A program made the translations under genes and the position numbers. 64,000 nucleotides of DNA, from NCBI GenBank assembly GCA_965215195.1, contig CBDCDC010000001.1, positions 160,001 through 224,000 of the forward strand, read 5' to 3'. The DNA is from Candidatus Latescibacterota bacterium. Its GTDB lineage: Bacteria; Latescibacterota; UBA2968; UBA8231. This document shows, piece after piece, positions 38,491 through 47,363 of the stretch (its first letter is position 1; each line of letters opens with the position of its first letter). The notes under the pieces are model-generated. The model saw only the letters and a program-made list of their open reading frames with translations. It ran no database searches and was not told where the DNA came from.

Positions 38491-39864
38491 CTACGACCAA
38501 TTCTTTGGCCAGGAAAAATGCGCGTTGATATCTTCCACGTATTTCATCGGTGCATTGGGTTCGATATTAAACAGCGCGTCCAATGTCTCCAACCCGTGCT
38601 CATACGATTTTGTCTCTTTGCTTTCGAGTACGCCAAACAGCATCATGGATTTATCGCCCGACAAAACCGCTTCGAGGGTGCGCTCCATGTTGAGCCAATC
38701 GGGATAGATGCACTCTAGCATAATTTTCTTTGGCAATGGCGGCACGCGCAAAGGCTGAATGCCCTTCTTATTGACAATCGCGGGGACTTCCACTGCCACG
38801 TCGTCGGGAATGCCCGGCAGGGCACCGCAATTGGGCACATTCACCTGAAACTGACCTTCCACGTTGTTGACTAGTCCATTCACAATGGGAATGTGCTGCT
38901 CGGGCGTCATCCGCTCGCCAAACAGATCAACCGGGCGGATTTTCTCGTCATAGGCCGCCGCTTTCATCTGCTCGTATTTTTTTGCTTTGCCGGCCAGCAC
39001 TGCATCGCGTCCGGCCGGCGTGTCTTTGCCGCCCTTGGGGTCATACCAGTATTGCCGCGTCGCCAAATCCGTGTGATACCACCAGCCGCCGCGCCGCGGC
39101 GTATCGCCAATGGGCATCAGGCCATACATCTTGTATTGATGGATCGCCGCGCGCGACATCTGCGTGGGGATCGCCTTGCCTTCTCGGGCTAACCGCTCCC
39201 AATACGCCTCGCTCTCCTCGGCAATCCACTGATCCAGTCTTGGATACATGTCTTTGTTTTCACAGATGAAATCCGTCAACCAGATGTTGTGATTCAACCC
39301 CGGTGCCTGCCACGTCACCTTATCGGGATCTAGGCCCAAGGTGTGCGCCACGCCCGCATAGCCGTAGTGCCCGTGACACAAGCCGCACACCTTGATCCCC
39401 GTCTCCCGCGTCATCAACGTCGTTCCGTCAAAGACCGGATTGCCCGCCAACAAAATCCACGCGTCGGGGCACAGTTTCTCCATGTCTTTTGCCACGTCCA
39501 ACATTAGTTGCAGATTGTGATATTCGGGCATCCCGGTTCGGTCGTAAAAATAGCCGAGTGTAGCCGTCATTTTGCGCCGGTGCTGCATGAAGTACTCATT
39601 GTGCGTTATTGTTGCTGTATTGATTACAAAATCGGCGTCTTTTAGCGCAACTTCCCGATCCGTGGTTTTCTCAAACGTCATCTCTGCGCCCAAATCCTCG
39701 GCATAGTGCCGCCCGAGTGCATAAATGATATTGAGCACTTCCTCGTTGATGTCCATAAAACAAACGTGGCTGCCGTTCAGTGCCTTGGTCAGACACAAAT
39801 CTTTGACCAAGCCGAGCGAAAACACCACGCTGCCCGCGCCAAAAATCGTCACCTTATTGGCCAT
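38491..39864 (-). CDS. Family 4 glycoside hydrolase (alpha-glucosidase/alpha-galactosidase)
   Basis: GAGSVVF, ALKDADFVINT, GNP, GLCHGH, GLNHNIW; GAGGAGG RBS before ATG 39864. Confidence 0.9.
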   Translation of the reverse strand: MANKVTIFGAGSVVFSLGLVKDLCLTKALNGSHVCFMDINEEVLNIIYALGRHYAEDLGAEMTFEKTTDREVALKDADFVINTATITHNEYFMQHRRKMTATLGYFYDRTGMPEYHNLQLMLDVAKDMEKLCPDAWILLAGNPVFDGTTLMTRETGIKVCGLCHGHYGYAGVAHTLGLDPDKVTWQAPGLNHNIWLTDFICENKDMYPRLDQWIAEESEAYWERLAREGKAIPTQMSRAAIHQYKMYGLMPIGDTPRRGGWWYHTDLATRQYWYDPKGGKDTPAGRDAVLAGKAKKYEQMKAAAYDEKIRPVDLFGERMTPEQHIPIVNGLVNNVEGQFQVNVPNCGALPGIPDDVAVEVPAIVNKKGIQPLRVPPLPKKIMLECIYPDWLNMERTLEAVLSGDKSMMLFGVLESKETKSYEHGLETLDALFNIEPNAPMKYVEDINAHFSWPKNWS

Positions 39865-39971
39865 TGCATCCTCCTCGGTGAAAAATCTCAACAGGGGTCT
39901 AAGTTGTAGTATAGCCCCGATTCCCGATACTGAAAACGCCCGGGGCGCATTCGCGGATAGCATCTTCCGTT

Positions 39972-40086
39972 TTTCCTAAAGCCATTTGTATTCGTCCCCG
40001 TCGATACCGAGCCGCTGTGCCATCTCCCTTTCCTAAAGCCATTTGTATTCGTCCCCGTCGATACCGAGCCGCTGTGCCATCTCCCT
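39972..40086. repeat. Perfect tandem duplication, period 57 bp
   Basis: TTTCCTAAAGCCATTTGTATTCGTCCCCGTCGATACCGAGCCGCTGTGCCATCTCCCT at 39972-40029 and 40029-40086. Confidence 0.95.
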
Positions 40087-40910
40087 AACGTCCGCTAGCG
40101 TCACGCGATTGAGCGGGATTCCCTGTGTGCGATACTCGGCGCGGTGAATCGCTTCTAGCTCGCCGGGGGCGTACACTCGGTCGAAACCGGGCGCGAGCCG
40201 ACAGTCGTGGATCTGCTCGATGGCGGCGTCCACTCTTGACTTGAAGCGTTCGATATCCTCGAAGGCGGCAATGTGGATGGCGGCGACGAAGTGGCCGTCT
40301 GCGCCGGGGGTCGGCCCCGCCTCAATGCTCCCCAGTTCGGTCCCGTAGCTAGCGCCGGAAAGCATAGACGAAAGGACGCCCATGATCATCGCTAGCCCGG
40401 TGCCTTTGAACCCTCCGATGGGGGCTAGCAGGCCGTCGATAGCTACCTTGGGATCGGTCGTCGGCCGGCCTTCCCGGTCTAGTGCCCAGCCCTTGGACAG
40501 GCGCATCCCTTTCTGTTCGTAGATGCGAATTTTTCCGTGGGAAGAGCCGCTGAACGCGGCGTCGTACACGATGGGAGCCATCTTCCCGGCTGGGACGGAG
40601 AACGCAAGCGGATTGATGCCCAAGACTCGCTCGGCACCTCCCCAGGGTGCCATCGTCGGAAGTGCATTTGTGGTCGCGATTCCGATCGCGTCGTGCGGCA
40701 GCGCCATGCGGGCGAAATACGCCATGGCACCGCAATGATTGCTGCCGCGAATAGCTCCTGCTGCTATGCCGGTCTGCGCTGCCTTGCCGATCACCTCCCG
40801 CATGGCCAAGGCCGTGCCGATCTGTCCCATTGAATTGCGTCCGTCCACTATGACAAACGAGGGCCCTTGGCCGACGACTTCGGGCCTGGCGGTCGGGTTC
40901 ACGCCTTTAA
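40033..40910 (-). pseudogene. Ldh-2 family (malate/L-lactate/ureidoglycolate dehydrogenase-like) gene, 5'-truncated at an IS end
   Basis: GSNHCGAMAYF, LGINPL, GGFKGTGLA, VYAPGE present; the N-terminal HG-motif region is missing and the frame abuts the IS5 end at 40911. Confidence 0.8.
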
Positions 40911-41673
40911 GAAGCTGTTGAGTTATTCAGATGCATTTAGCGACGGTAATCTTTATCATGGCAATCCGAATGATGTTCTCTGCGGATTGGGTAAGAATTT
41001 CGAAGTCCTTGGCCAAGCGTCGAAATCCGCCTAGCCACGCCAAGGTCCGCTCGATAATCCAGCGTTTGGGCACCACGTGGAACCCTTGGGCTGGTTTATC
41101 CGCTATATCGAGTCGCAATCCTAACAGGGTCTCGACGCATTCAACGGTGGTTCCGCGATAGCCTTGGTCGCCGGAGAAGGCTTCGACCGAAGCATACTTT
41201 TCTGCGACTTGGGCACATACGTGGGCCCCTTGACTGGTATCCGCTACATTCGCGGCATGTACTTGGACGGTCAGCATGTTCCCTAGGGTATCGGTGGCGA
41301 GGGGGCGTTTCCGTCCTTTAACCTTTTTTTTCCCCATCCACGCCGCGATCTTGACTGGCATATTGGGTTTTAACCGATTGCGAATCGATCAACACATAGG
41401 TCGGAGGCTCGTTTTTACCCTGCTTTTGACGGGCATGCGCATTCAGCGCGTCGAGCGCCGGTTCCCAGACGCCGCGTTGATTCCAGCGCCGATAATGGTC
41501 ATAGACCGTATCCCAAGGCGGCAAATCAAGGGGCAGCATCCGCCACGGAATGCCCCCTTTGACCACATATAAAATGGCATTGACCACCGCCCGTTTTGCA
41601 TACTTGCCGGGGTTGCCCCGGGGATCGGGACGGTCGAAAAACGCAGCCAGCAGCGCCCATTCTCGATGATCTT

Positions 41674-42840
41674 ACTACACGACACCAAATAAATTGCAGT
41701 GCAGCCCCCGGTTAGGTTTATTGGTTGTGTCCATCAACCCTCCTCCTAACCGTTTGGAGCTGCACCGTGAGCGTATTTCATACGTTAAAACGAGCACTAC
41801 GTCAAGGAGCTTGCTCGATGACGCGCTATCAAGCCGACCTGTTGCCTCGTCTGCTGTGGGCGTTAATACAGACCCGTTCGGTCAACCTCAAGCAGGTGGC
41901 TGCCGCCGTTTGGGGGTCGGCGACCCCTGCCAGTTGTTATCGCCGTTTGCAGCGGTTTCTCAGCGGCAGGTGGTCGCCGCAGGTAGGCACCCAACTGATC
42001 GTGCAACGGGTGGTCAAGCCGGGTACGCCGGTCTTGCTGACGTTGGATCGTACCCACTGGCAGTACGGCCAAACCCATCACAATCTGTTGTGCTTAGGGG
42101 TGGTATATCAGCGCGTCTCGATCCCGATTGAATCGGGGTCCCTGGGTCGAGCGGGCAACTCCACCATGGCCGATCAAATCAACCTGTTGAACCGAGCCTT
42201 AGCCTATCTGCCGGCGGGGCGCTGTTGCCTGTTGGCCGACCGGGAGTTTATCGGCGGCACTTGGCTACGCCATCTACAGAAACAGCAGGTCGACTTCGTC
42301 ATTCGGGTGCGCGCCAACTACACGATAGAACGAGCCGACGGCACCGTTCGATCCTTAGCGTGCACCACCCGCGGCCAGGCCCCAAACACCACATGCGTCT
42401 ATGAACATGTCCACTTATATGAGGGGTCTAATACCGTACCGGTTCATATTATATGTCATCGTCCGCTCCAGGGAGCGCGCATCTTTTTGGCGACCCATCG
42501 AACCGATTTCGACGCGGTGGTTTCGTTGTATAAACAGCGGTGGGCGGCCGAGACCGCGTTTGGGTTCCTCAAGTCGAAAGGCTTTGATTTGGAAACGACC
42601 CACCTGCGCGACCCCGAGCGCATCCGGCGTCTATTGAGCGTCCTCACAATCGCCATGCTATGGGGACTGCGCGTCGGAGCGCATCTACACCAACACCAGA
42701 CGACGCCCATAAAAAAACATGGAGCCCTCGCCCAAAGCCGCTTCCGACGAGGACTCGATTATATACAACACCTCATCGCCAATCGACAACAAAAAAAGAA
42801 AACAATACTACACATGATACGATTATTGGTGTCGTGTAGT
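41674..42840 (+). mobile_element. IS4-family insertion sequence nested in IS5
   Basis: Perfect 15-bp inverted repeats ACTACACGACACCAA (41674-41688) and TTGGTGTCGTGTAGT (42826-42840). Confidence 0.88.
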
Positions 42841-42843
42841 TAG
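41818..42843 (+). CDS. IS4-family DDE transposase
   Basis: LTLDRTHW, LLADREFIG, YKQRWAAETAFGFLK (Y-R-E-K signature); AAGGAG RBS before ATG 41818. Confidence 0.9.
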   Translation: MTRYQADLLPRLLWALIQTRSVNLKQVAAAVWGSATPASCYRRLQRFLSGRWSPQVGTQLIVQRVVKPGTPVLLTLDRTHWQYGQTHHNLLCLGVVYQRVSIPIESGSLGRAGNSTMADQINLLNRALAYLPAGRCCLLADREFIGGTWLRHLQKQQVDFVIRVRANYTIERADGTVRSLACTTRGQAPNTTCVYEHVHLYEGSNTVPVHIICHRPLQGARIFLATHRTDFDAVVSLYKQRWAAETAFGFLKSKGFDLETTHLRDPERIRRLLSVLTIAMLWGLRVGAHLHQHQTTPIKKHGALAQSRFRRGLDYIQHLIANRQQKKKTILHMIRLLVSCS

Positions 42844-42991
42844 ACGTATCAGTCAAGTCACTGGGATAGCCGCCCATAGCAAAAGCCTCCTTTCGCAAAA
42901 AAGACATTACGCAATACATTATACAAAATACAAAGATAGCTTTTTTAACTCAACAGCTTACTAAGAGCTGCGACAGCTTCTTCAGGGTATG

Positions 42992-43031
42992 CAAACGCCC
43001 TGCTTCCTTCGGGGAGCAGGGCGTTTGTTTT
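42992..43031 (+). terminator. Rho-independent terminator with no plus-strand host gene upstream
   Basis: CAAACGCCCTGCTTCC-TTCG-GGGAGCAGGGCGTTTG stem with UUCG tetraloop, followed by TTTT. Confidence 0.8.
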
Positions 43032-43204
43032 AGAAGTAGGGGCGAGTTTCAAGCCATCGCTGAGTTAAACTGGGCCAAGATCGGCCAGATACAAAGTGAG
43101 AAGGGAATCCTCACTCCGATTGAGAAAAGTGGCGATCCGATTTTTGTTCCGCAGCAACAAGTCCGCAATGCGGTCAGTTCCAACATTTCCCACGGCAAGT
43201 CATA

Positions 43205-44341
43205 TAGCAGTCCTAAATGACTTGAGAAGTTTCATGGTTTTTTCTATCTTCATTCTACGTTTTCCTATGCTTCGTCTTTTTTTGGAGGTTATCTATGGTT
43301 TCGGATACGTCTTTATCTGCGTTTATCGCGCGCAATCCCGACGCCCGGGAACTGAAACGAGCGTTAGCGGTTCAGATGACGCTGTTGGGCATCAAACAAG
43401 GTGCGATACAAGCGATTCTCGGGGTGCAGTCGAGCTTCATCAGTACGTGGAAGAAGCGCTACCTATCCGAGGGGGTTGCCTGCTTTCGCTTAGGCTATAA
43501 AGGTTCGCAGCCGTATTTGTCGGCCGATCAACGGGCGCAAATCCATGCGTGGTTAGCGCCCCAATCGCAGCCTTCGGTCGCCTCGTTAGCCTCGTATATC
43601 CAAACGCAGTTTGGCGTGGTCTTCAAATCGTCGCAAAGTTATTACGCTATTCTTTCTCAGGCGGGCTATAGCTGGAAAAAGACGCAGGCTCGACAGCCCA
43701 AAGCCGATCCCCAACAGGGGCGAGACCAACGAGAAGAAATAAAAAAAAACGAACGGCGCATAAAGCCGAGATCGAAGCGGGTCAAGTCAGTGCCTTTTTC
43801 ATCGATGAGTCGCACCTGTGTTGGGCTGATGCGTGTGGCTATGGTTGGGGCCGTCGAGACCAACGCCTTGAGGTGGCTATTGAAAATGGACGCCAACGCC
43901 AAACCTATTATGGGGCCTTGGATGTGGTTAAGGGCACCTTCCTCATGCAAAGTTATCCCAAGGCCAATGCGCAGCATACGGTCGATTTTCTACGTTACCT
44001 ACAACAGCGTCGGCCGGGTCAAAAGTTGTTGATCTTTTGGGATGGTGTTTCCTATCACCATCAACATATCATGCGCGATTTTCTACAAACGATGCAGGCC
44101 TCGCTACCGCCCAACCAGTGGAAGATATGCGGTACGAGATTGGCCCCCTATACACCGCAAGAAAATCCGGTCGAGGACATCTGGTTAAAGGGCAAGACCT
44201 TTGTTCGTACCCATGCGCTATGGACGACCTGTTTTGAACAGATCAAAGACCTATTCGTAAAGGGCATTCGACAGAAAAAATACTTCCAGTTCCCCAAATT
44301 GATGCAATATACATTGGCTCTTAAATGATTTAGGACTGCTA
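43205..44341 (+). mobile_element. IS630-family insertion sequence
   Basis: Ends TAGCAGTCCTAAAT / ATTTAGGACTGCTA with TA duplicated at 43203-43204 and 44342-44343. Confidence 0.9.
43295..44328 (+). CDS. IS630 transposase with -1 frameshift
   Basis: HTH half followed by A9 run (43741-43749); -1 frame gives FFIDESH, IFWDGVSYH, PQENPVE (DDE). Confidence 0.85.
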
Positions 44342-44504
44342 TATTACCTTTGGCGGATGGCCTCGGAAGAAGCTGAGTTGACAAAGATCTTCATCCTTCG
44401 ACGCGATTGCGAATCCCTGTTCGACTGCGTAGGCCCAAATAGCTGTATCAGGTTGGCTGCGAAGTCCAACTTGATGGACACTGGCGGTGCCGGGAAAGAC
44501 CTCC

Positions 44505-45368
44505 TCAATTCGCGCCACGAGCCGAATCCGCAATAGCAAACCACTTCTTGTCATTAGTGGCCACGACGTGGTCATCATCAACCGAGTAAAGAAAGAAATC
44601 AATATCCCCACTATCGTTCTTCTTGGGCAAGAGCCCCTCTGTCATCAGGCGGATCAAGTAGTGCGTGTACAGATGGGTATAGCACTCTATCTTGGGAATG
44701 GCGGCGGCCAATTCATGGGCTCTCTGCTTGGTAAGCACACCGAGGTCCTTTTTGTCCGCTTTGAAGAAGGCACGCATCTGGCAAGCGGATATAATGCGAG
44801 CAGACCACTCTTTCGACTTCATCCCGGCGAGAAATTTTTTCTTTTCCTCACCTCGCAGTTTAGGCACAGACGGGGACCGTTTCTCTGGAGCCCTTGCGTA
44901 CCACTCTTGAAACCTTGGGATAGTATCCGCCATCAGGGCAATGAGAGAATCCACCCATTCTTGCTCACTCTTCTCACGCCAAGTCGCTGCAAACGGTACA
45001 TTCAAGCGCCGTCGGACCCGAATCTCGTAGTCCGGTACACCGCGCTGAACTTTCTCAAGGCTCTGACCTTTAGCCAAGGATCGGACAGCGTCGGCGTATG
45101 AGGGAGCAGGTTCCGCCAACTCGTAGCCAAATGCCGTAGTCAGATGTGATTCGGGGTCCGGGAGTTCCTCTATCCGGTGCTTGAGGATGGCGTCAGCCGC
45201 TGCCTTGCGGTCTGCAAATGACCTGTCATCAAGTTTAGATACCAACTCAATTATTGAGATGGGAGAGTAACAGAGGCGCTCTCTAGGTTGCCTGACGTCC
45301 TCAATGCGGATTCGATTCAATCCTATATCGCAAAGCACATTCGTATCGAGGATCACGGTCTTCGTCAT
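44505..45368 (-). CDS. PIN-domain-like protein, probably 3'-truncated
   Basis: VILDTNV at the N-terminus, KNDSGD and VVATNDKK near the C-terminus; the last codons run into the DUF5615 remnant. Confidence 0.6.
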   Translation of the reverse strand: MTKTVILDTNVLCDIGLNRIRIEDVRQPRERLCYSPISIIELVSKLDDRSFADRKAAADAILKHRIEELPDPESHLTTAFGYELAEPAPSYADAVRSLAKGQSLEKVQRGVPDYEIRVRRRLNVPFAATWREKSEQEWVDSLIALMADTIPRFQEWYARAPEKRSPSVPKLRGEEKKKFLAGMKSKEWSARIISACQMRAFFKADKKDLGVLTKQRAHELAAAIPKIECYTHLYTHYLIRLMTEGLLPKKNDSGDIDFFLYSVDDDHVVATNDKKWFAIADSARGAN

Positions 45369-45618
45369 GTCATGCTCCTGTTTCGTTTAATCTCGCGCCA
45401 CGGGCCAATCAGGAGCACGGCGAGCAATTTATCCTATGCTCTCTGTACTTATTTGGCCCCAACCGGCATATCGTTATTTTTCACGTCGGCATACGCCATG
45501 GCAAGGGCTTTCTGCATGGCGCGGGTGATCCCAAAAGACGCCATTTGGCAGTGGATGTCGTCGAGGGTGAGGTACAAAAAAGAAAAACAGCATCCTCGGG
45601 GGCACGGCTCGTCCTTCC

Positions 45619-46350
45619 CTAAGCGCCGATCATCTCCTGCATCTTAGCGGCGATCCAGTCAATGGCCACGTCGGCCATCACCCGGCCTTTCTTGGGCGTG
45701 GCCAAGTCGCGGCCGGCCTCAAAGTAGATCGGGTCGCGCGGGGCGTAGCTTTCGCTCTGTATCTGGAGATTGGCCGCCTCGTAATCAACCCCTTTCCACT
45801 GCACGTTCTCGGGGAACGCCGCCATGGCAAACGAGGTTTCAAACTCGGCCGCGTGTGCCGGGCAATCCCCCGAATCCAGCACTTGGGCGACCAGCTCCGG
45901 CGAATACGCGGCCCAATACGAATAAAACTGCACGTCCATGTCCAGCCGCTTGCTGAAGTCCTCGACTTGGCCGCCCAAGGGGCTGTTGCCGGCGTGGCCA
46001 TTGCATATCAAGACGTGCTCAATCCCGTGCCGCTTGAGCGACTCGCACACGTCGTAGGCCACGGTAAAGAAGGTCTCTGGCCGCAGGCTCAAGGTGCCGG
46101 GGAACTCCATCCAGTGCTCGGATATGCCTATGGACAGGGGCGTGGCCACCACCACTTGCGGATAGAGCTGCAAGGCCGCTTGGTGCGCCACATGCGCCGC
46201 GCTGGCAGTGTCGTGCTCCATTGCCAAGTGCTCGTTGTGCTGCTCCGTGCTGCCGGTGGGCAAAATCGCCCCTTTGATCAGGCCCTGTTCCAACCGCTCG
46301 CGCACGTGGCGGCGAGTCAATTTCCACAGCCGTACTTCTTCGACGATCAT
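45619..46350 (-). CDS. Creatininase/creatinine amidohydrolase family protein
   Basis: PTGSTEQHNEHL...D, SEHWMEFPGT, NGHAGN, HAAEFETS. Confidence 0.88.
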   Translation of the reverse strand: MIVEEVRLWKLTRRHVRERLEQGLIKGAILPTGSTEQHNEHLAMEHDTASAAHVAHQAALQLYPQVVVATPLSIGISEHWMEFPGTLSLRPETFFTVAYDVCESLKRHGIEHVLICNGHAGNSPLGGQVEDFSKRLDMDVQFYSYWAAYSPELVAQVLDSGDCPAHAAEFETSFAMAAFPENVQWKGVDYEAANLQIQSESYAPRDPIYFEAGRDLATPKKGRVMADVAIDWIAAKMQEMIGA

Positions 46351-46431
46351 CGTTCTACTCCTCGGATTGGCGTTTGACAGTGCAACTCTCAGGGCCTATC
46401 ATGCAAAATTAATCGACCGGAGACAACGCCC

Positions 46432-47346
46432 ATGCACATTGCCTGCTGTTTTTTGCTCTTGGCCACCCTGCCCCTAGCCGCCCAAACCGACCCGTACGAA
46501 GGCTTTGCTGGCTTCTGGCTCGAAAACGACCGCGCCGAGGCTTTTGCCATTGCCACGCCCTATCCGCGGGTCCTCGCCTTCCGCCTCAAAGGCGGCGAAA
46601 ACCCCCTCCACGTCTCCCGCGAATACGAATACGTCGGCGTGCGCTCGTGGTTCTTCGAGCCGACGCAGATTCCCGAATCCGGGCTGCCGGCCCTGCAACC
46701 GGCCACCGCTGAGATGACTGGCGTGCGCTCCGTCCGCCTCACGGCCGCCCCGGACGACAGCTCGGGCCTACAGCTCATCATGGAAGTCGCGCTCGACAGC
46801 GAGCGGCCCGTACTCCAGATCCGCCACGGCTTCAAAAACATGCGCACCGCAAAGCGCCGCATTGCCTGCTGGGTCCTCAACGTCATCCGCCCGGACGCGG
46901 GCGTCGGCGTCGTACCGTGGCGCAGCACGGGACGCCGCAGCTTGCTGTTCTGGCCGAGCACCGACCCCAACGAAGTAGGCATCCACCTAGAGGCCCGTGC
47001 TCTCGCGCTCGACTATCGGATTGAGCCGCAAAACGGCTGGCACAAGGTCGGCACCAATAGCGACGCCGGTTGGATCGCCTTTGTGTGGAACGGAAACGCG
47101 CTCAAATCCACCGTCGCCCACGTCACCAACGCCGAATACCCCGAAGATGGCGGCACGGTGACGATGTTCAATTCCACGTCTGAACTATTTGACGGCAAGC
47201 CGCGCTTTGGCGAGATCGAAAACGTCGGCCCGCTGAGCGAACTTATGCCGGGCAATACGTTGTGGATGGAGCAAGAGTTGGAGTTGTTTAGCGGAATTGA
47301 GACCGACGACCCCGCAAGCTGGGTCGAACTGCTAGAGGCCCAATAG
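46432..47346 (+). CDS. Exported DUF4380-like protein
   Basis: Signal peptide; PRVLAFRLKGGENPL, KVG...GWIA, YPEDG, EIENVGPL..L.PG. Confidence 0.55.
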   Translation: MHIACCFLLLATLPLAAQTDPYEGFAGFWLENDRAEAFAIATPYPRVLAFRLKGGENPLHVSREYEYVGVRSWFFEPTQIPESGLPALQPATAEMTGVRSVRLTAAPDDSSGLQLIMEVALDSERPVLQIRHGFKNMRTAKRRIACWVLNVIRPDAGVGVVPWRSTGRRSLLFWPSTDPNEVGIHLEARALALDYRIEPQNGWHKVGTNSDAGWIAFVWNGNALKSTVAHVTNAEYPEDGGTVTMFNSTSELFDGKPRFGEIENVGPLSELMPGNTLWMEQELELFSGIETDDPASWVELLEAQ

Positions 47347-47363
47347 CGGCCCAAGCCCGCCGT

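Larger units (their letters stand above)
40927..42877 (-). pseudogene. IS5-family transposase, split by IS4 insertion and a frame break at an A8 run
   Basis: MGGYPSDLTD (from 42877) | IS4 | REWALL...WRMLPLDLPPW...IDSQSVKT...VDGEKKG* then KKVKGRKR...GDQGY...KRWIIERTLAW. Confidence 0.85.
40911..42961 (-). mobile_element. IS5-family element (IS1031-like), interrupted by an IS4-family element
   Basis: Inverted repeats AAGCTGTTGAGTTA (40912-40925) and TAACTCAACAGCTT (42946-42959); TAA on both flanks (40908-40910, 42962-42964). Confidence 0.85.
43065..44520 (-). pseudogene. DUF5615 (PIN-like) gene, 5'-deleted, split by IS630, internal TGA
   Basis: LVARIEEVFPG...DTAIWAYA...SKDEDL...GHPPKVI | IS630 | *LAVGNVGTDRIADLLLRNK...GPV*; TGA sits where Trp is expected (KVIW). 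Confidence 0.75.

Noticed and set aside
43200-43202. TGA at a conserved Trp position as a sign of an alternative genetic code
   Set aside because: Single case in a gene already broken by an IS and a deletion; many intact genes here end at TGA or TAG at expected positions.
45450-45595. Possible 47-aa minus-strand ORF (MLFSFLYLTLDDIHCQ...)
   Set aside because: No recognisable motif or convincing RBS; cannot be supported from sequence alone.
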